From Candidatus Latescibacterota bacterium (GTDB lineage: Bacteria > Latescibacterota > UBA2968 > SICM01): DNA of 64,000 nucleotides. The notes below the pieces were generated by a model. It did not search any database. It had not been told where the DNA came from and saw nothing but the letters and a program-made list of their open reading frames with translations. Within the stretch, counting starts at the first letter, position 1, and each line of letters opens with the position of its first letter. The stretch spans positions 192,001-256,000 of the forward strand of contig CBDCJO010000001.1 of NCBI GenBank assembly GCA_965217865.1. Direction: 5' to 3'. Position numbers and translations under genes: made by a program. Positions 19,718 to 29,503 of this stretch are shown here, in pieces.

Positions 19718-20320
19718 ATGCGAAAACTGACCCTCTCAATTTCGATCGTTTCCTTCTGTATCGGTTCTGTTCTCCATGCCGAGGAGGAAGGGATCATGCA
19801 CTTCCTTTCCGGGAACGTTCGGGTGAATGGAGAGAAGGCCACCGTCGGCATGGTAATCCATAAAGGCGTAACCGTTGAGACCGGTCCTGAATCCGTAGCT
19901 GAAATCCGTTATGGTCACGAGACAAGCCTCCGCATCCGGGAGAAAAGCAGCGTAAAGATCGACCGGACCGCCAAAGCTTATCGCATCCTGCTTGCACACG
20001 GCACAATCCTCAACCTGGTAAAGCGAAATTCCGAGTTTGAAGTTCGGACCCCCAACACCGTTGCCGGGGCCCGTGGAACCATCTTTTTTGTGCACGTGTT
20101 AGACGATACATCCGCCTATATCTGTACCTGTAACGGGACGGTGGACCTCCGGGATGGGGAGAGGGTGTTAAAAACCGTGAGCGCCTCCCACCATCGGCCT
20201 TATCGCATCTACGGCAAACCGGGGCAAATCGCTATGGAGGATCAGGGGATGATGATGCACACGGATGTCGAGATCTTCGAAATGCGTTACCGGATGGAAC
20301 AGGAACCCGTCAAAGAGTGA
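19718..20320 (+). CDS. Exported FecR-domain protein
   Basis: ATG after GGAGG; signal peptide; VETGPESVAEI and VRTPNTVAGARGTIF motifs. Confidence 0.8.
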   Translation: MRKLTLSISIVSFCIGSVLHAEEEGIMHFLSGNVRVNGEKATVGMVIHKGVTVETGPESVAEIRYGHETSLRIREKSSVKIDRTAKAYRILLAHGTILNLVKRNSEFEVRTPNTVAGARGTIFFVHVLDDTSAYICTCNGTVDLRDGERVLKTVSASHHRPYRIYGKPGQIAMEDQGMMMHTDVEIFEMRYRMEQEPVKE

Positions 20321-20568
20321 CCCCTTAATTCATTATTCAATCGCTTCGCCCCCAGGGCAACCCCTCGAACATTCCCCCCATCCCACCCTCCGTTTAAATA
20401 GAATCGCCCCTCTCCCATATCGGTCACCACGAGGGCTCCTACTGGAAGAAGGGCGCGAACTTCGGCTCACCCCAGAACCGAGTTCTTCCATAAAATATCG
20501 TCATGCCCGAAATTAAAACCGTGTGAAGCGTCACGGGTTTGGGGTGATATGAATCACACATACCCATT

Positions 20569-21198
20569 ATGCGTCTGATCATCATTCGTCACGGCGAAGT
20601 CTCCTGGAACTACGCGGTCGACAACGACCCTTCTCTGAATGAAAACGGTCATGAACAGGCCCGGCGCCTGGGGATGCGATTCGAGAACCTGCGGATCGAC
20701 CGGCTCTATTCGAGTCCCATGGTGCGGGCGAAGCAGACAACGGGCTACATCTCAAAGACCGTGGGCCTTGAGCCGGAGATCCTTCCCTGGCTTCGAGAGA
20801 TCCGATCTCCACTTCTGACCGAGGCAGAGATGGCGCAGGTGGAAGCCAGGCCCCTGGAGCAATGGTGGGACGGTTTTCCGGGGGAGGAAGAGACCTTTCG
20901 AACGTTTCAGGAGCGTGTTGCGACAGGGACCGATGCACTCCTGGATCGGCTCGGAGTAAGACTGGGAAGGGTATCGGAAGGGGCCCGGACGGGTCCCGAA
21001 AAACAGGTTTGCATCGTTTGCCACGCGGGTGTCGCCGCGACGATGGTGTGTCACCTGACCGGAATAGAGACCGTGCCGTGGGAGTGGTACCGCTTCGGGA
21101 TGGGCTACACCGGGGTGTCCCACGCTCGAATCAGGCCATTGTGCGACGCCGTCATCAGCACACTGACCCTGTTCAACTGCCGAAAACATCTCGACTAG
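20569..21198 (+). CDS. Histidine phosphatase (phosphoglycerate mutase-like) family protein
   Basis: IIRHG, SSPMVRAKQT, LRE, VCHAG. Confidence 0.9.
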   Translation: MRLIIIRHGEVSWNYAVDNDPSLNENGHEQARRLGMRFENLRIDRLYSSPMVRAKQTTGYISKTVGLEPEILPWLREIRSPLLTEAEMAQVEARPLEQWWDGFPGEEETFRTFQERVATGTDALLDRLGVRLGRVSEGARTGPEKQVCIVCHAGVAATMVCHLTGIETVPWEWYRFGMGYTGVSHARIRPLCDAVISTLTLFNCRKHLD

Positions 21199-21260
21199 GC
21201 ATTGATTTTTATGGGCTTTACGTTATTTTTTATGGGCTCTTGGGCACGATGAGAATCGTC

Positions 21261-21289
21261 TTGACTTGATTGGGGCTTATCTATATCTT
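21261..21289 (+). promoter_or_regulatory. Putative sigma70 promoter for the caspase fusion gene
   Basis: TTGACT-N17-TATCTT in an AT-rich intergenic region. Confidence 0.5.
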
Positions 21290-21407
21290 TTTCATATGCC
21301 GGGGGGTCCATTTCCCGGAATTTTCTTTTTTAACAATTGTCTTTATTCAATGTCCAGACGGTGGTCTTTGCCATCATCTGGCATAATAAGGGATCAAGGG
21401 GAAAGAT

Positions 21408-24400
21408 ATGGCCGGCACTGATGCGTGGTCCGATCTGAGAGAAGGGGCCATTCGGAAGTTCTGTTTCGTCGAGGTGGACCTGGCTGGACACTCGCTGATC
21501 GCCGCGAATAACTCCACGCGGGACGCCGAGGATACCTTCAGCAACTTCCTCGATTTCATCATAGAATGCGCCGAAAGCCATATGGGAAGGCCCTGGGGTA
21601 TCGCCGGGGACGGAGGGCTCTTTGCATTTTACGACGATGATGTAACGACGATGGCCGAGGAGGCGACAAAGAGCGCCCTTGAGATCATCGACAATCTGGA
21701 CGGATTCAACGAAACCAAGAGCAAGGTCAAAGAGGAGGTGCGGGCACGCATCGCGGTTCACCTTGGGGACGCCAAGTACCGCGAACAAACAGGCCGGATT
21801 CAGAGCGACGACATCAACTTCGTCGCCCATCTCGAAAAGGGTAAAACCAAACCCAATTCCGTTTCAATCTCCTCAGGCGTCTACAGGGAACTTGTACAAG
21901 ATGAACTTCGGACCCGGTTCCGCGACAATGGGATTTTCGAGGAGCGGTCCGTCTACACCTCCGCGCCCCCTTCTGAAGAGGATGAGGCCGAAGGCCCTGA
22001 ACCCGAATCCAAGCCGCCCGATGAACCCGGAGCCCCGCTCACGCTCGCAGAGATCAAAGACCGCTACGCCCTGGTCATCGGAATCAGCGATTACAGCGAC
22101 GAGTCCATCCCGAAACTGAAATACGCCGCCCAGGATGCCCAGGCTGTCCACGATACGCTGATTCAGTACAGCGACTTTAAAGAGGAGAATATCAAGCTTC
22201 TCTTGAACGAGCAGGCAACATACCGGGAGATCAAGTCCGCCCTCGGGACCTTCCTTCCGCGAAACGCGGAGGAAAACGATTCGGTTTTCATCTATTTTGC
22301 GGGGCACGGTTGCCCCGACGTGGACCATTCAGGGCACAACACAGAAGATAACATCGCAAAATATCTCGCCCCCTACGACGCGGTTCGGGATGATCTTTAC
22401 GCAACGGCCTTCCCCCTGGACGACATGAGCGCGATGCTTCAGCGAATCGCTTCCAAATATGTAGTCCTCGCCCTCGACACGTGTTATAGCGGTCAGGCCG
22501 GAAATGGACGGACCTTCGAGACCGTGAATACGCGTGCCGTCCTGAATAACGCCTTCCTGAACAGGATCTCCGGGGAGGGCCGTGTGATCCTCACAGCATC
22601 CGACGTGAATGAACTGTCGATGGAGCTCGACCAGTTCGGGCACGGCATCTTCACCCATCACCTCCTGGCCGGCCTTACGGGTGAGGCGGACACGGACAAC
22701 GATGGGGCCGTGAGTCTACAGGAGCTTTACGAATACATTTCCGAGAGGGTGACGAGAGACGCCATGTCGGCCGGAGGAAGGCAGCATCCCCTCCTGCGGG
22801 GTTCCATGCCGCTGAGGCTCCCGCTGACCATGGCGCAGTTCTCGAAGCCTGAAGCCAAAGTTATCGATCCTGTGAGCCGTGACCTTGAGGAAGCCATCCG
22901 TCTTCAGAGCGTCGGCCAGTTCGATGAAGCCGTGGAGCTCCTCTCCGGAGTCCTGCCAAACGCCGGCGATCGAGCGACCGAGGTCATGAGGGCCATTGCC
23001 AAGACCCGCCTCCTTAAAGGCGATGTGGAGGGTGCGCTCTCAGAATACCTGCGGGCAATTGAAGCCGACCCTTTATCTGCGGTCAGCCACGCGGATTATA
23101 GCGGGGCCCTGCTGAAAGCAGGGGATTACGTTGCCGCGATCGAAGCCCTTCGAAGGGCCGTTAAAATCGACCCGGAACTTCGGGACCAGGGCGTCCTGAT
23201 CGAGATGGATCTCGAGGCGAAAATTCGCGAAAATCCGTCCGATTGGAAATTGAGATTTGCCCTGGCCGGCACCCTGGTCCTGCAGGGAAATCTGGATGCC
23301 TCCGTCGAACAGATTCAACGCGCATCCGATGCCGTCACCGATGAGGACCTGGATACCCTGGCAAACGATTTTGCAGAAAATCCTGCCTTCGTTGATCTGC
23401 GTGCCACGGAGAAGGCATCGGAAGCTCTGACCCTGCTGAAATCCAGGCAGGAAGCGCTGGAGGGTTTCAGAGCCTGCCTGAAGGAGGGGGAGCAGCTTCG
23501 AAAAGACGGCAAAGTGGCCGCCGCCCGGAAGCGTTTTGCCGAAGGGGCGCAGAAATGGCCCCGGTATCAGGAGGTCCTGTCCAAGAAGGCCGCCGAAGTT
23601 GCTGCGGTGGAAGAAACCCTTAAGCAGTCCAACCTCGATCGGCTTACGAAGGAGCCATACCTGGACGATCTGGCCGAAAAGACCCTGGCTGCCAAGGATC
23701 GTTCGAAGGCAGGCGGGGGTGACCGCGAGGCCACGATGAACAAAGCCCGGTTAGAGGAGGCCCTTACATCCTCCGGCTACCTTCCCATCGACATGGATTC
23801 CGCCTTTAAGCTTTTTCTTAAGAAATACATTTCCCGTTCGGAGAAAGTGGTCGCGGAGAAGGCCGAGCACGCCAAGCGGCTGATCCAGGCTGATTTTCTG
23901 GACCGGGCGAAAGACGTGGTCGACACGATTCTGAGCATCAACCCTGCCCACCCGATGGGCAAAGCCCTTGCAAAGAGGCTTTCGAGCCTCAAACAGCAAC
24001 AGGCCGAGAGCACCAAGGCCATCACGATGGTTCAGAAACTGATCCGTGAACACGAATATGAGAAGGCCGTTTCTCTCCTCAAGGGCCAGGCAAAACTCCT
24101 CAGCAGTCGGAGGGAGTACGCTCAACTGCTGAAAATCGCCGAGGAGGGAAAGAGCCGGGAAGCCGCCGTGAAGTCCTTCTTCGCGGTGGCCGATCAGAAA
24201 GAGGCGCAAAAGAAGTGGATGGAGAGCTTTACCATCCTGACGCAGATCCGCCTGGCGCAACCGGATGACCCCAGGGTGGAGAAGCGTTACCAGCAGATCA
24301 AACGCAGGGTGCGGGAGTGGGAGAAGGGGAAGACGACGCAGGTCCCAGAGGGTATGCTCTTTGTACCCGCTGGGTATTTCGTCATGGGCGAGGCCGCAGA

Positions 24401-24644
24401 TGGAAAAAGGATTCGATCGCCTCGCCTGCCGGTGTTCGTGGACGGCTTCTACATCGATCGATGCCCGGTAACGATGGAACGCTATCGCGAATTTCTCGAT
24501 AAGATCGAGAAGTCAGATGACCACAGTCGGTGTCATCCCGACGAACCGAGGGGAAAGTCCCTCGCAGAGATAATCTTGGCGAATTTATGGATGCCATTCC
24601 CCTTTAGCCCCTGGGGGTATCCCGTACCGTCCAGCCGCTCGTGA
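21408..24644 (+). CDS. Class III nucleotide-cyclase-like + caspase (peptidase C14) + TPR/helical + truncated FGE-sulfatase fusion protein
   Basis: VDLAGHS and AGDG (cyclase); ALVIGISDY, FAGHG, LDTCYSG (caspase dyad); TPRs; MLFVPAGYFVMG...FYIDRCPVT (FGE start). The last ~30 aa are antisense HD-GYP sequence. Confidence 0.8.
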   Translation: MAGTDAWSDLREGAIRKFCFVEVDLAGHSLIAANNSTRDAEDTFSNFLDFIIECAESHMGRPWGIAGDGGLFAFYDDDVTTMAEEATKSALEIIDNLDGFNETKSKVKEEVRARIAVHLGDAKYREQTGRIQSDDINFVAHLEKGKTKPNSVSISSGVYRELVQDELRTRFRDNGIFEERSVYTSAPPSEEDEAEGPEPESKPPDEPGAPLTLAEIKDRYALVIGISDYSDESIPKLKYAAQDAQAVHDTLIQYSDFKEENIKLLLNEQATYREIKSALGTFLPRNAEENDSVFIYFAGHGCPDVDHSGHNTEDNIAKYLAPYDAVRDDLYATAFPLDDMSAMLQRIASKYVVLALDTCYSGQAGNGRTFETVNTRAVLNNAFLNRISGEGRVILTASDVNELSMELDQFGHGIFTHHLLAGLTGEADTDNDGAVSLQELYEYISERVTRDAMSAGGRQHPLLRGSMPLRLPLTMAQFSKPEAKVIDPVSRDLEEAIRLQSVGQFDEAVELLSGVLPNAGDRATEVMRAIAKTRLLKGDVEGALSEYLRAIEADPLSAVSHADYSGALLKAGDYVAAIEALRRAVKIDPELRDQGVLIEMDLEAKIRENPSDWKLRFALAGTLVLQGNLDASVEQIQRASDAVTDEDLDTLANDFAENPAFVDLRATEKASEALTLLKSRQEALEGFRACLKEGEQLRKDGKVAAARKRFAEGAQKWPRYQEVLSKKAAEVAAVEETLKQSNLDRLTKEPYLDDLAEKTLAAKDRSKAGGGDREATMNKARLEEALTSSGYLPIDMDSAFKLFLKKYISRSEKVVAEKAEHAKRLIQADFLDRAKDVVDTILSINPAHPMGKALAKRLSSLKQQQAESTKAITMVQKLIREHEYEKAVSLLKGQAKLLSSRREYAQLLKIAEEGKSREAAVKSFFAVADQKEAQKKWMESFTILTQIRLAQPDDPRVEKRYQQIKRRVREWEKGKTTQVPEGMLFVPAGYFVMGEAADGKRIRSPRLPVFVDGFYIDRCPVTMERYREFLDKIEKSDDHSRCHPDEPRGKSLAEIILANLWMPFPFSPWGYPVPSSRS

Positions 24645-25804
24645 ATCTGCCCGATGACCTCGGGGATAATCCGAGGCATGCTGCTTTGGGTGCTGACCAT
24701 CTCCGTACTATAAAGGGGGTGCTTTCGAATCTCTACAAACTCCTGAGGAGACAGTGGGGAGGTCTTGGTGACAATGGCCTCGGGAACCCGTACCATGCCC
24801 ACATCCTGGAGGAGGGCGATGACTCCCACGTCGAGCACATCCTGTTTGACCAGGTTCATCGCGACCGCCACTTCGGTGGCCAGGATAGAAACTTTGCACC
24901 CCTGGGCGAAAACGGGTGAGTTTTCATCATTCTTGTTCAGAACACCGAGCATGACATTTCCATCATTCATCAGGACGCTGAGGTTCTCGGCAACGATTTG
25001 GCGATGGTTTCGCAGCGCCCCGGTGCCCAGGCGAGGAGCCCCGGTCTGCTGATCCGAGGACAAGGTCTGCTCAAACTGATCCGCAGATTCGTCCATCACT
25101 TTCTTCACCTGCGAGACCCGCTGGGGCGTCCAGGGTGTCGGGGTCCTCTTGAAATGAACACCCAGCGCGGAATCCGCTGGGACTTTTTCGAGCTTCTGCC
25201 GGGTTTCGGTCCTTTCGGACTCAAACGTCTTCCGCACCACCCGGGGGGTCCTGGCCGGCCGCTGCCCCTTGACGCGGCCGATAAAGTTCCCCACGGCCAC
25301 AGTGACAAAGTCCCTGGGGTCCAGCAACTGATCCCCTTCCAACTGATATATCTTGTCGGGTTGCTCATTTGTGATCTTCTTCAACTCTCCGATATGATCG
25401 CCAGTCAGGGTTTTGTCCTCCTGCACCCAGAGGTAGGCATTCAACACTTTGTAGGTATCCGGCTCAATCCGATCCCCCTCTTGGAGCCCGTCCACTCTGA
25501 GGACCTTGTGATCCTTGGAAGGATCGTAGGATACCCCCTCCCGTCTGGCCAATAATACCGCTTTATGCTCCTCGGCTGTTAGGCTGTAGACGCCTGTTTT
25601 TGACCAGACCTTCAGGTTGGGGATATCCTCAGCCGATATCGGGACACCTGCGGTCAGCAGCAGCCTTCCGCTGCTGGCGTAGATAAAATGGCTGAGGGTC
25701 TGACCTGGCTTCACATTTTCGAAATTGAGGAAATCCATCAGGCTCCACCTGTTCGGGGGGACGAATGCTTGATTTCTTTCGAAAAATAGCGTGTTGTACG
25801 TCAT
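24533..25804 (-). CDS. HD-GYP domain protein, C-terminally truncated and degenerate
   Basis: ALLQDVG (HD replaced by QD), KHPLYS, IHERLDGTGYPQGL, FAKIIS; the ADxxDA...RPY tail is missing. Confidence 0.75.
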   Translation of the reverse strand: MTYNTLFFERNQAFVPPNRWSLMDFLNFENVKPGQTLSHFIYASSGRLLLTAGVPISAEDIPNLKVWSKTGVYSLTAEEHKAVLLARREGVSYDPSKDHKVLRVDGLQEGDRIEPDTYKVLNAYLWVQEDKTLTGDHIGELKKITNEQPDKIYQLEGDQLLDPRDFVTVAVGNFIGRVKGQRPARTPRVVRKTFESERTETRQKLEKVPADSALGVHFKRTPTPWTPQRVSQVKKVMDESADQFEQTLSSDQQTGAPRLGTGALRNHRQIVAENLSVLMNDGNVMLGVLNKNDENSPVFAQGCKVSILATEVAVAMNLVKQDVLDVGVIALLQDVGMVRVPEAIVTKTSPLSPQEFVEIRKHPLYSTEMVSTQSSMPRIIPEVIGQIHERLDGTGYPQGLKGNGIHKFAKIISARDFPLGSSG

Positions 25805-25862
25805 GAGTCAAGGCCAAAATTCAAGGTTTACACCCGGCAAAGGCCTCTGGACCCGTGACCCT

Positions 25863-26240
25863 TCACGACTTTCCCAGATAGGCGATGGCGTCCATAGCGA
25901 TTAACCATCGGTTCAGGACCACCTGAAAAGTAGATCGCGTCGGCAGGGGGGGGGTAAAATAGGTTTTGTAAACCTCGTTGAACTGTTGAAAATGACCCAA
26001 ATCTGATAAATACGCGGTGACTTTTACGACTTCTCCCAGGGTCCCCTCCCCCGCCTCCACGATGGCCTGTACGTTCTTAATGGTACGGGCGGTTTGCTCT
26101 TCTATCCCATCCCCTACAACCTCTCCAGTCTCAGGATCGACAGGTCCAACCAAAGAGACAAACAGGTAATCCCCGGCCCGCATGCCCTGAGAATATGGAC
26201 CCGGTTTGGGGGCGCGATCCGTGGATATCGGCTTATTCAT
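25863..26240 (-). CDS. RidA/YjgF family reactive intermediate deaminase
   Basis: APKPGPYSQG, VVKVTAYL, FNEVY, PTRS. Confidence 0.88.
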   Translation of the reverse strand: MNKPISTDRAPKPGPYSQGMRAGDYLFVSLVGPVDPETGEVVGDGIEEQTARTIKNVQAIVEAGEGTLGEVVKVTAYLSDLGHFQQFNEVYKTYFTPPLPTRSTFQVVLNRWLIAMDAIAYLGKS

Positions 26241-26458
26241 CTGGAGCCTCCTGTTTAAGAGTTGAGGATAAAGAGGAATTCGATGGGATCGGCCAGCCGC
26301 GGGGGGAAACCTGAACGTGTGGATAAAACCGATCCGGATCTGCGGGCTCTAATTCCGATGCGGACGAGGAAGCCGTGCGGTGGATGAGATCGACGCTTCG
26401 TTTCAACCCGATGAATATGAACCAATGGCGGACAGATGACGACAATCGTTTCCGTGAT

Positions 26459-28786
26459 CTAGTAGATCTTCTCCCCTTTTTCATTAAGCCGGGTCACCTC
26501 GGAAACGCCTTTTACCTTTCCGATTTTTTGAATCAGGTCCTGAAGCCGCTGAACATTGGGGACGTGGATCACAAACCTGTTCAAGATCTGACCTCTCTCG
26601 GTCTTCAAATCTCCCCCGCTTACGTTTGTCCCGGTCTCGGCAATCGCCTTGGTGATGTCGTGCAACAGGTTCTTCCTGTCCGACCCTTTCACCAGGACTT
26701 GAGTGGTAAAGGCCTGGTCTAGCTCCGCATCCCAATGCACTTCTACGATTCGCTCCTGATCATCCATTAAAGTTGAGACGTTAGAGCAATCCGTGCGATG
26801 GACCGATAAACCCCTACCCCGTGTAATCATGCCGACGATCTTGTCCCCAGGGATTGGATGGCAACATTTGGAAAGCTGAATCATCAGATTGTCCATTCCC
26901 TGGATCCGCACCCCACCGGTGGGTTTGGCCCTTTGGGTTGTCTCACTCGCGGGTGATCCGGCTTCCCCTTCTTTGATCTCCGGAAAAAGCCTCCTTACCA
27001 CTTTTGCGACCGATAGCTCTCCGAAGCCGATTTGAGCGTGAAGATGTTCCTCATCGGAGACGCCGAAGCTGAGCACTGCCGGCTGGAGATCCAGTCCCTT
27101 TGGTTTTTTGCCTAATTTTTTTATTTCTCTCTCCAACATTTCCTGACCAAGACGTACGCTGTCGGAAAACTCCTCATCCTTCAAGAACCGTTTGATCCGG
27201 CTCCGGGCCTTGGAGGTCTTCACCAAAGCCAACCAATCCCTCGACGGTTTCTGGTGGGGTGAGACGATCACTTCCACCGTCTCCCCGGTTATCAGGACCC
27301 TCGAGAGCCCCACCATCGCCCCGTCCACTTTTGCGCCGATGCAGTGAAGCCCGATGTCGGTATGGACGGCGAAGGCAAAGTCGATCGGGGAGGCACCTTC
27401 TGGAAGCTGGATCAGATCTCCGTTGGGGGTGAAGACAAAGATCTCGTGGGGAAAGAGATCGATCTTCAGTTCCTCCATGAACTCCTTCGGATCGGCCGTA
27501 TCGGCCTGCGAGTCCATGAGCTGTCTGAGCCAGGTCACATGACGGTCCAACGGGGTTTCCTCGCTTCGGTCCTCCTTGTACCTCCAATGCGCAGCTATGC
27601 CCGTCTCGGCGATCTGATGCATCTCCAATGTCCGGATCTGCACTTCAACCATCTGGCCGTCCGGTCCGATCACAGTCGTGTGCAGGGACTGGTAAAGGTT
27701 CGACTTCGGGGTTGCGATAAAATCCTTGAACCGGGCCATCACCGGCGTGAACATGGTATGGACAAGACCCAGGGCGTGATAACACTCCCGGACTGAGCTT
27801 ACCACAATTCTCATAGCAAAAAGATCGTAGATGTCTTCAAATTTTTTATTACGGTTTCGAACCTTTCCGTAGATGCTGTGAAAATTTTTGGGCCTACCTT
27901 GGATCTGGGCCTTCACCCCGGCCTCTTTCAAGGCTTTTTTGAGATGTTTCTGGATCTGTGAGATGTACGCCTCCCGTTCTTTCCGTTTCAGAGTGATCTT
28001 TTCCTGGATGTTACGGTAGACATCCGGCTCCAAAACTTTCAGGCTAAGGTCCTCCAATTCCCATCGGATTCGGGCGATCCCGAGTCGATGCGCCAGCGGG
28101 GCATAGACGTCGCGGCTCTCGATGGCCTTCTGTCTCCGTTTCTCCTCGTCTTCAAGATGTTGAAGCGTTCTCATGTTGTGGAGCCTGTCGGCCAGCTTGA
28201 CCAGGATCACCCGGATGTCCTTCGACATCGACAGAAGCATTTTTCGGAAGGTTTCAGCCTGTTCGGTTTCCTGACTGAGGGCCCCCTCTCTCAACCCCGG
28301 GGACTCGGAGGCCTGGTCCGGGGACGGAAGGGGTTCAAGGCCATCCTCCGCATGTTGGGTGAGCTCCGTACCCCCATCCACCTCGTCGGACTCATCGTCT
28401 CCCTTGATGTGACGAATCTTTGTGACACCATCCACGAGTGTGGCTATCTCCTCTCCAAACTCGTCCCGCACCCGATCGAGTGTGACTCCGGTATCCTCGA
28501 TCACGTCGTGCAAGAGGCCAGCGGCAACGGTGATGACATCGGGATTCAGATCGTTCAGGATCCGGGCGACCTCCAGACAATGGTTTAAATACGGTTCGCC
28601 CGACTTGCGTTTTTGGTCTCTGTGGGCGTACGCCGCCAGATGAAATGCCCGCGAAATCAAATCGAGGTCATTTCTCCGGCTTTTGGCGTAAACCTCCTGA
28701 AGCAGGCTTGAAAGCGCAGGATCTCCCTTTTCCCGCTCCAGGACCGCCTTCGCCGAAGGGGCTTTTTGTTGGGTCGATTTAGGCAT
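26459..28786 (-). CDS. rel: Bifunctional (p)ppGpp synthetase/hydrolase Rel/SpoT
   Basis: HxxQKRKSGEPY, LHDVIED, KLADRLHNMRTL, YQSLHT, EVQIRT, TGS, CC and ACT domains. Confidence 0.96.
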   Translation of the reverse strand: MPKSTQQKAPSAKAVLEREKGDPALSSLLQEVYAKSRRNDLDLISRAFHLAAYAHRDQKRKSGEPYLNHCLEVARILNDLNPDVITVAAGLLHDVIEDTGVTLDRVRDEFGEEIATLVDGVTKIRHIKGDDESDEVDGGTELTQHAEDGLEPLPSPDQASESPGLREGALSQETEQAETFRKMLLSMSKDIRVILVKLADRLHNMRTLQHLEDEEKRRQKAIESRDVYAPLAHRLGIARIRWELEDLSLKVLEPDVYRNIQEKITLKRKEREAYISQIQKHLKKALKEAGVKAQIQGRPKNFHSIYGKVRNRNKKFEDIYDLFAMRIVVSSVRECYHALGLVHTMFTPVMARFKDFIATPKSNLYQSLHTTVIGPDGQMVEVQIRTLEMHQIAETGIAAHWRYKEDRSEETPLDRHVTWLRQLMDSQADTADPKEFMEELKIDLFPHEIFVFTPNGDLIQLPEGASPIDFAFAVHTDIGLHCIGAKVDGAMVGLSRVLITGETVEVIVSPHQKPSRDWLALVKTSKARSRIKRFLKDEEFSDSVRLGQEMLEREIKKLGKKPKGLDLQPAVLSFGVSDEEHLHAQIGFGELSVAKVVRRLFPEIKEGEAGSPASETTQRAKPTGGVRIQGMDNLMIQLSKCCHPIPGDKIVGMITRGRGLSVHRTDCSNVSTLMDDQERIVEVHWDAELDQAFTTQVLVKGSDRKNLLHDITKAIAETGTNVSGGDLKTERGQILNRFVIHVPNVQRLQDLIQKIGKVKGVSEVTRLNEKGEKIY

Positions 28787-28841
28787 ATCCAGGAATCAAG
28801 GATGGTTGAACACGATGTCGTCCGTCCCCTATTAGAAATTT

Positions 28842-28870
28842 AATATATCCACGAAGGCCTCTTTTGCCAA
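28842..28870 (-). promoter_or_regulatory. Sigma70-type promoter for rel
   Basis: TTGGCA-N17-TATATT on the minus strand. Confidence 0.55.
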
Positions 28871-28900
28871 GCCGCAACTTCGGGGGGAATCACGCAATAC

Positions 28901-29257
28901 CTATCTTCCCCAGAATTTCCAGAACGGCTTTCTTCTCGACTTGGGCCTTGGGGTATCGTTCGCCACCGCTGCCAACCGATTCAGTACCTGATCCAGAGCG
29001 GCCTTAAACAATGAAGAGGATTTCTCCTTGTCGGTTTCCACCACACGCAAACTCAACCGGACAATCTGTTCAACGTCCGAAGGGAAGACGTGATGAGCGA
29101 TCTCCTCATCCTCTCTTCCCGCCTGCCCTCCCACACGGGTGCGATACGCCGCGATCGCCGCCTGCTTGAACGGCTCCACATCACGATGCTCGATGGCCTC
29201 CCGTATCCCGTTCTCCAGGGAAAGGGTGATCCGTTCGGTCAATTTATCCTTGTCCAA
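28901..29257 (-). CDS. Hypothetical helical protein with basic/aromatic C-terminus (KPFWKFW)
   Basis: TTG start after GGAGG RBS; own upstream promoter. Confidence 0.65.
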   Translation of the reverse strand: MDKDKLTERITLSLENGIREAIEHRDVEPFKQAAIAAYRTRVGGQAGREDEEIAHHVFPSDVEQIVRLSLRVVETDKEKSSSLFKAALDQVLNRLAAVANDTPRPKSRRKPFWKFWGR

Positions 29258-29288
29258 TGACTTTCCTCCGAAGGGACTCCTTAAATGT

Positions 29289-29317
29289 TATATACGGTTC
29301 ACGCCGTAAAAAGTCAA
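29289..29317 (-). promoter_or_regulatory. Sigma70-type promoter
   Basis: TTGACT-N17-TATATA on the minus strand. Confidence 0.6.
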
Positions 29318-29503
29318 GGGGCCGTGTCCGGTGGTGGTCTCTTTTTTGGCTTGACTTTCTCAGCACAACACTTAAATATATCGATAAAGTAAGTTGCCGA
29401 GGCAAACCAGAGCACCGGAACTTCAAGATCCCCCGACGGTAGAGGATATCATCTCAAACCACGGATATTTCCTTTCGCTTTCCATTCTGTTCCTCACCCC
29501 ACG

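Noticed and set aside
20321-20568. Small ORF or ncRNA in this spacer
   Set aside because: No RBS-linked ORF with recognisable features; only a short hairpin near 20516-20540.
29390-29470. c-di-GMP-I riboswitch (GGCAAACC present)
   Set aside because: The GNRA-capped stem and GACGCAAA/receptor elements do not follow.
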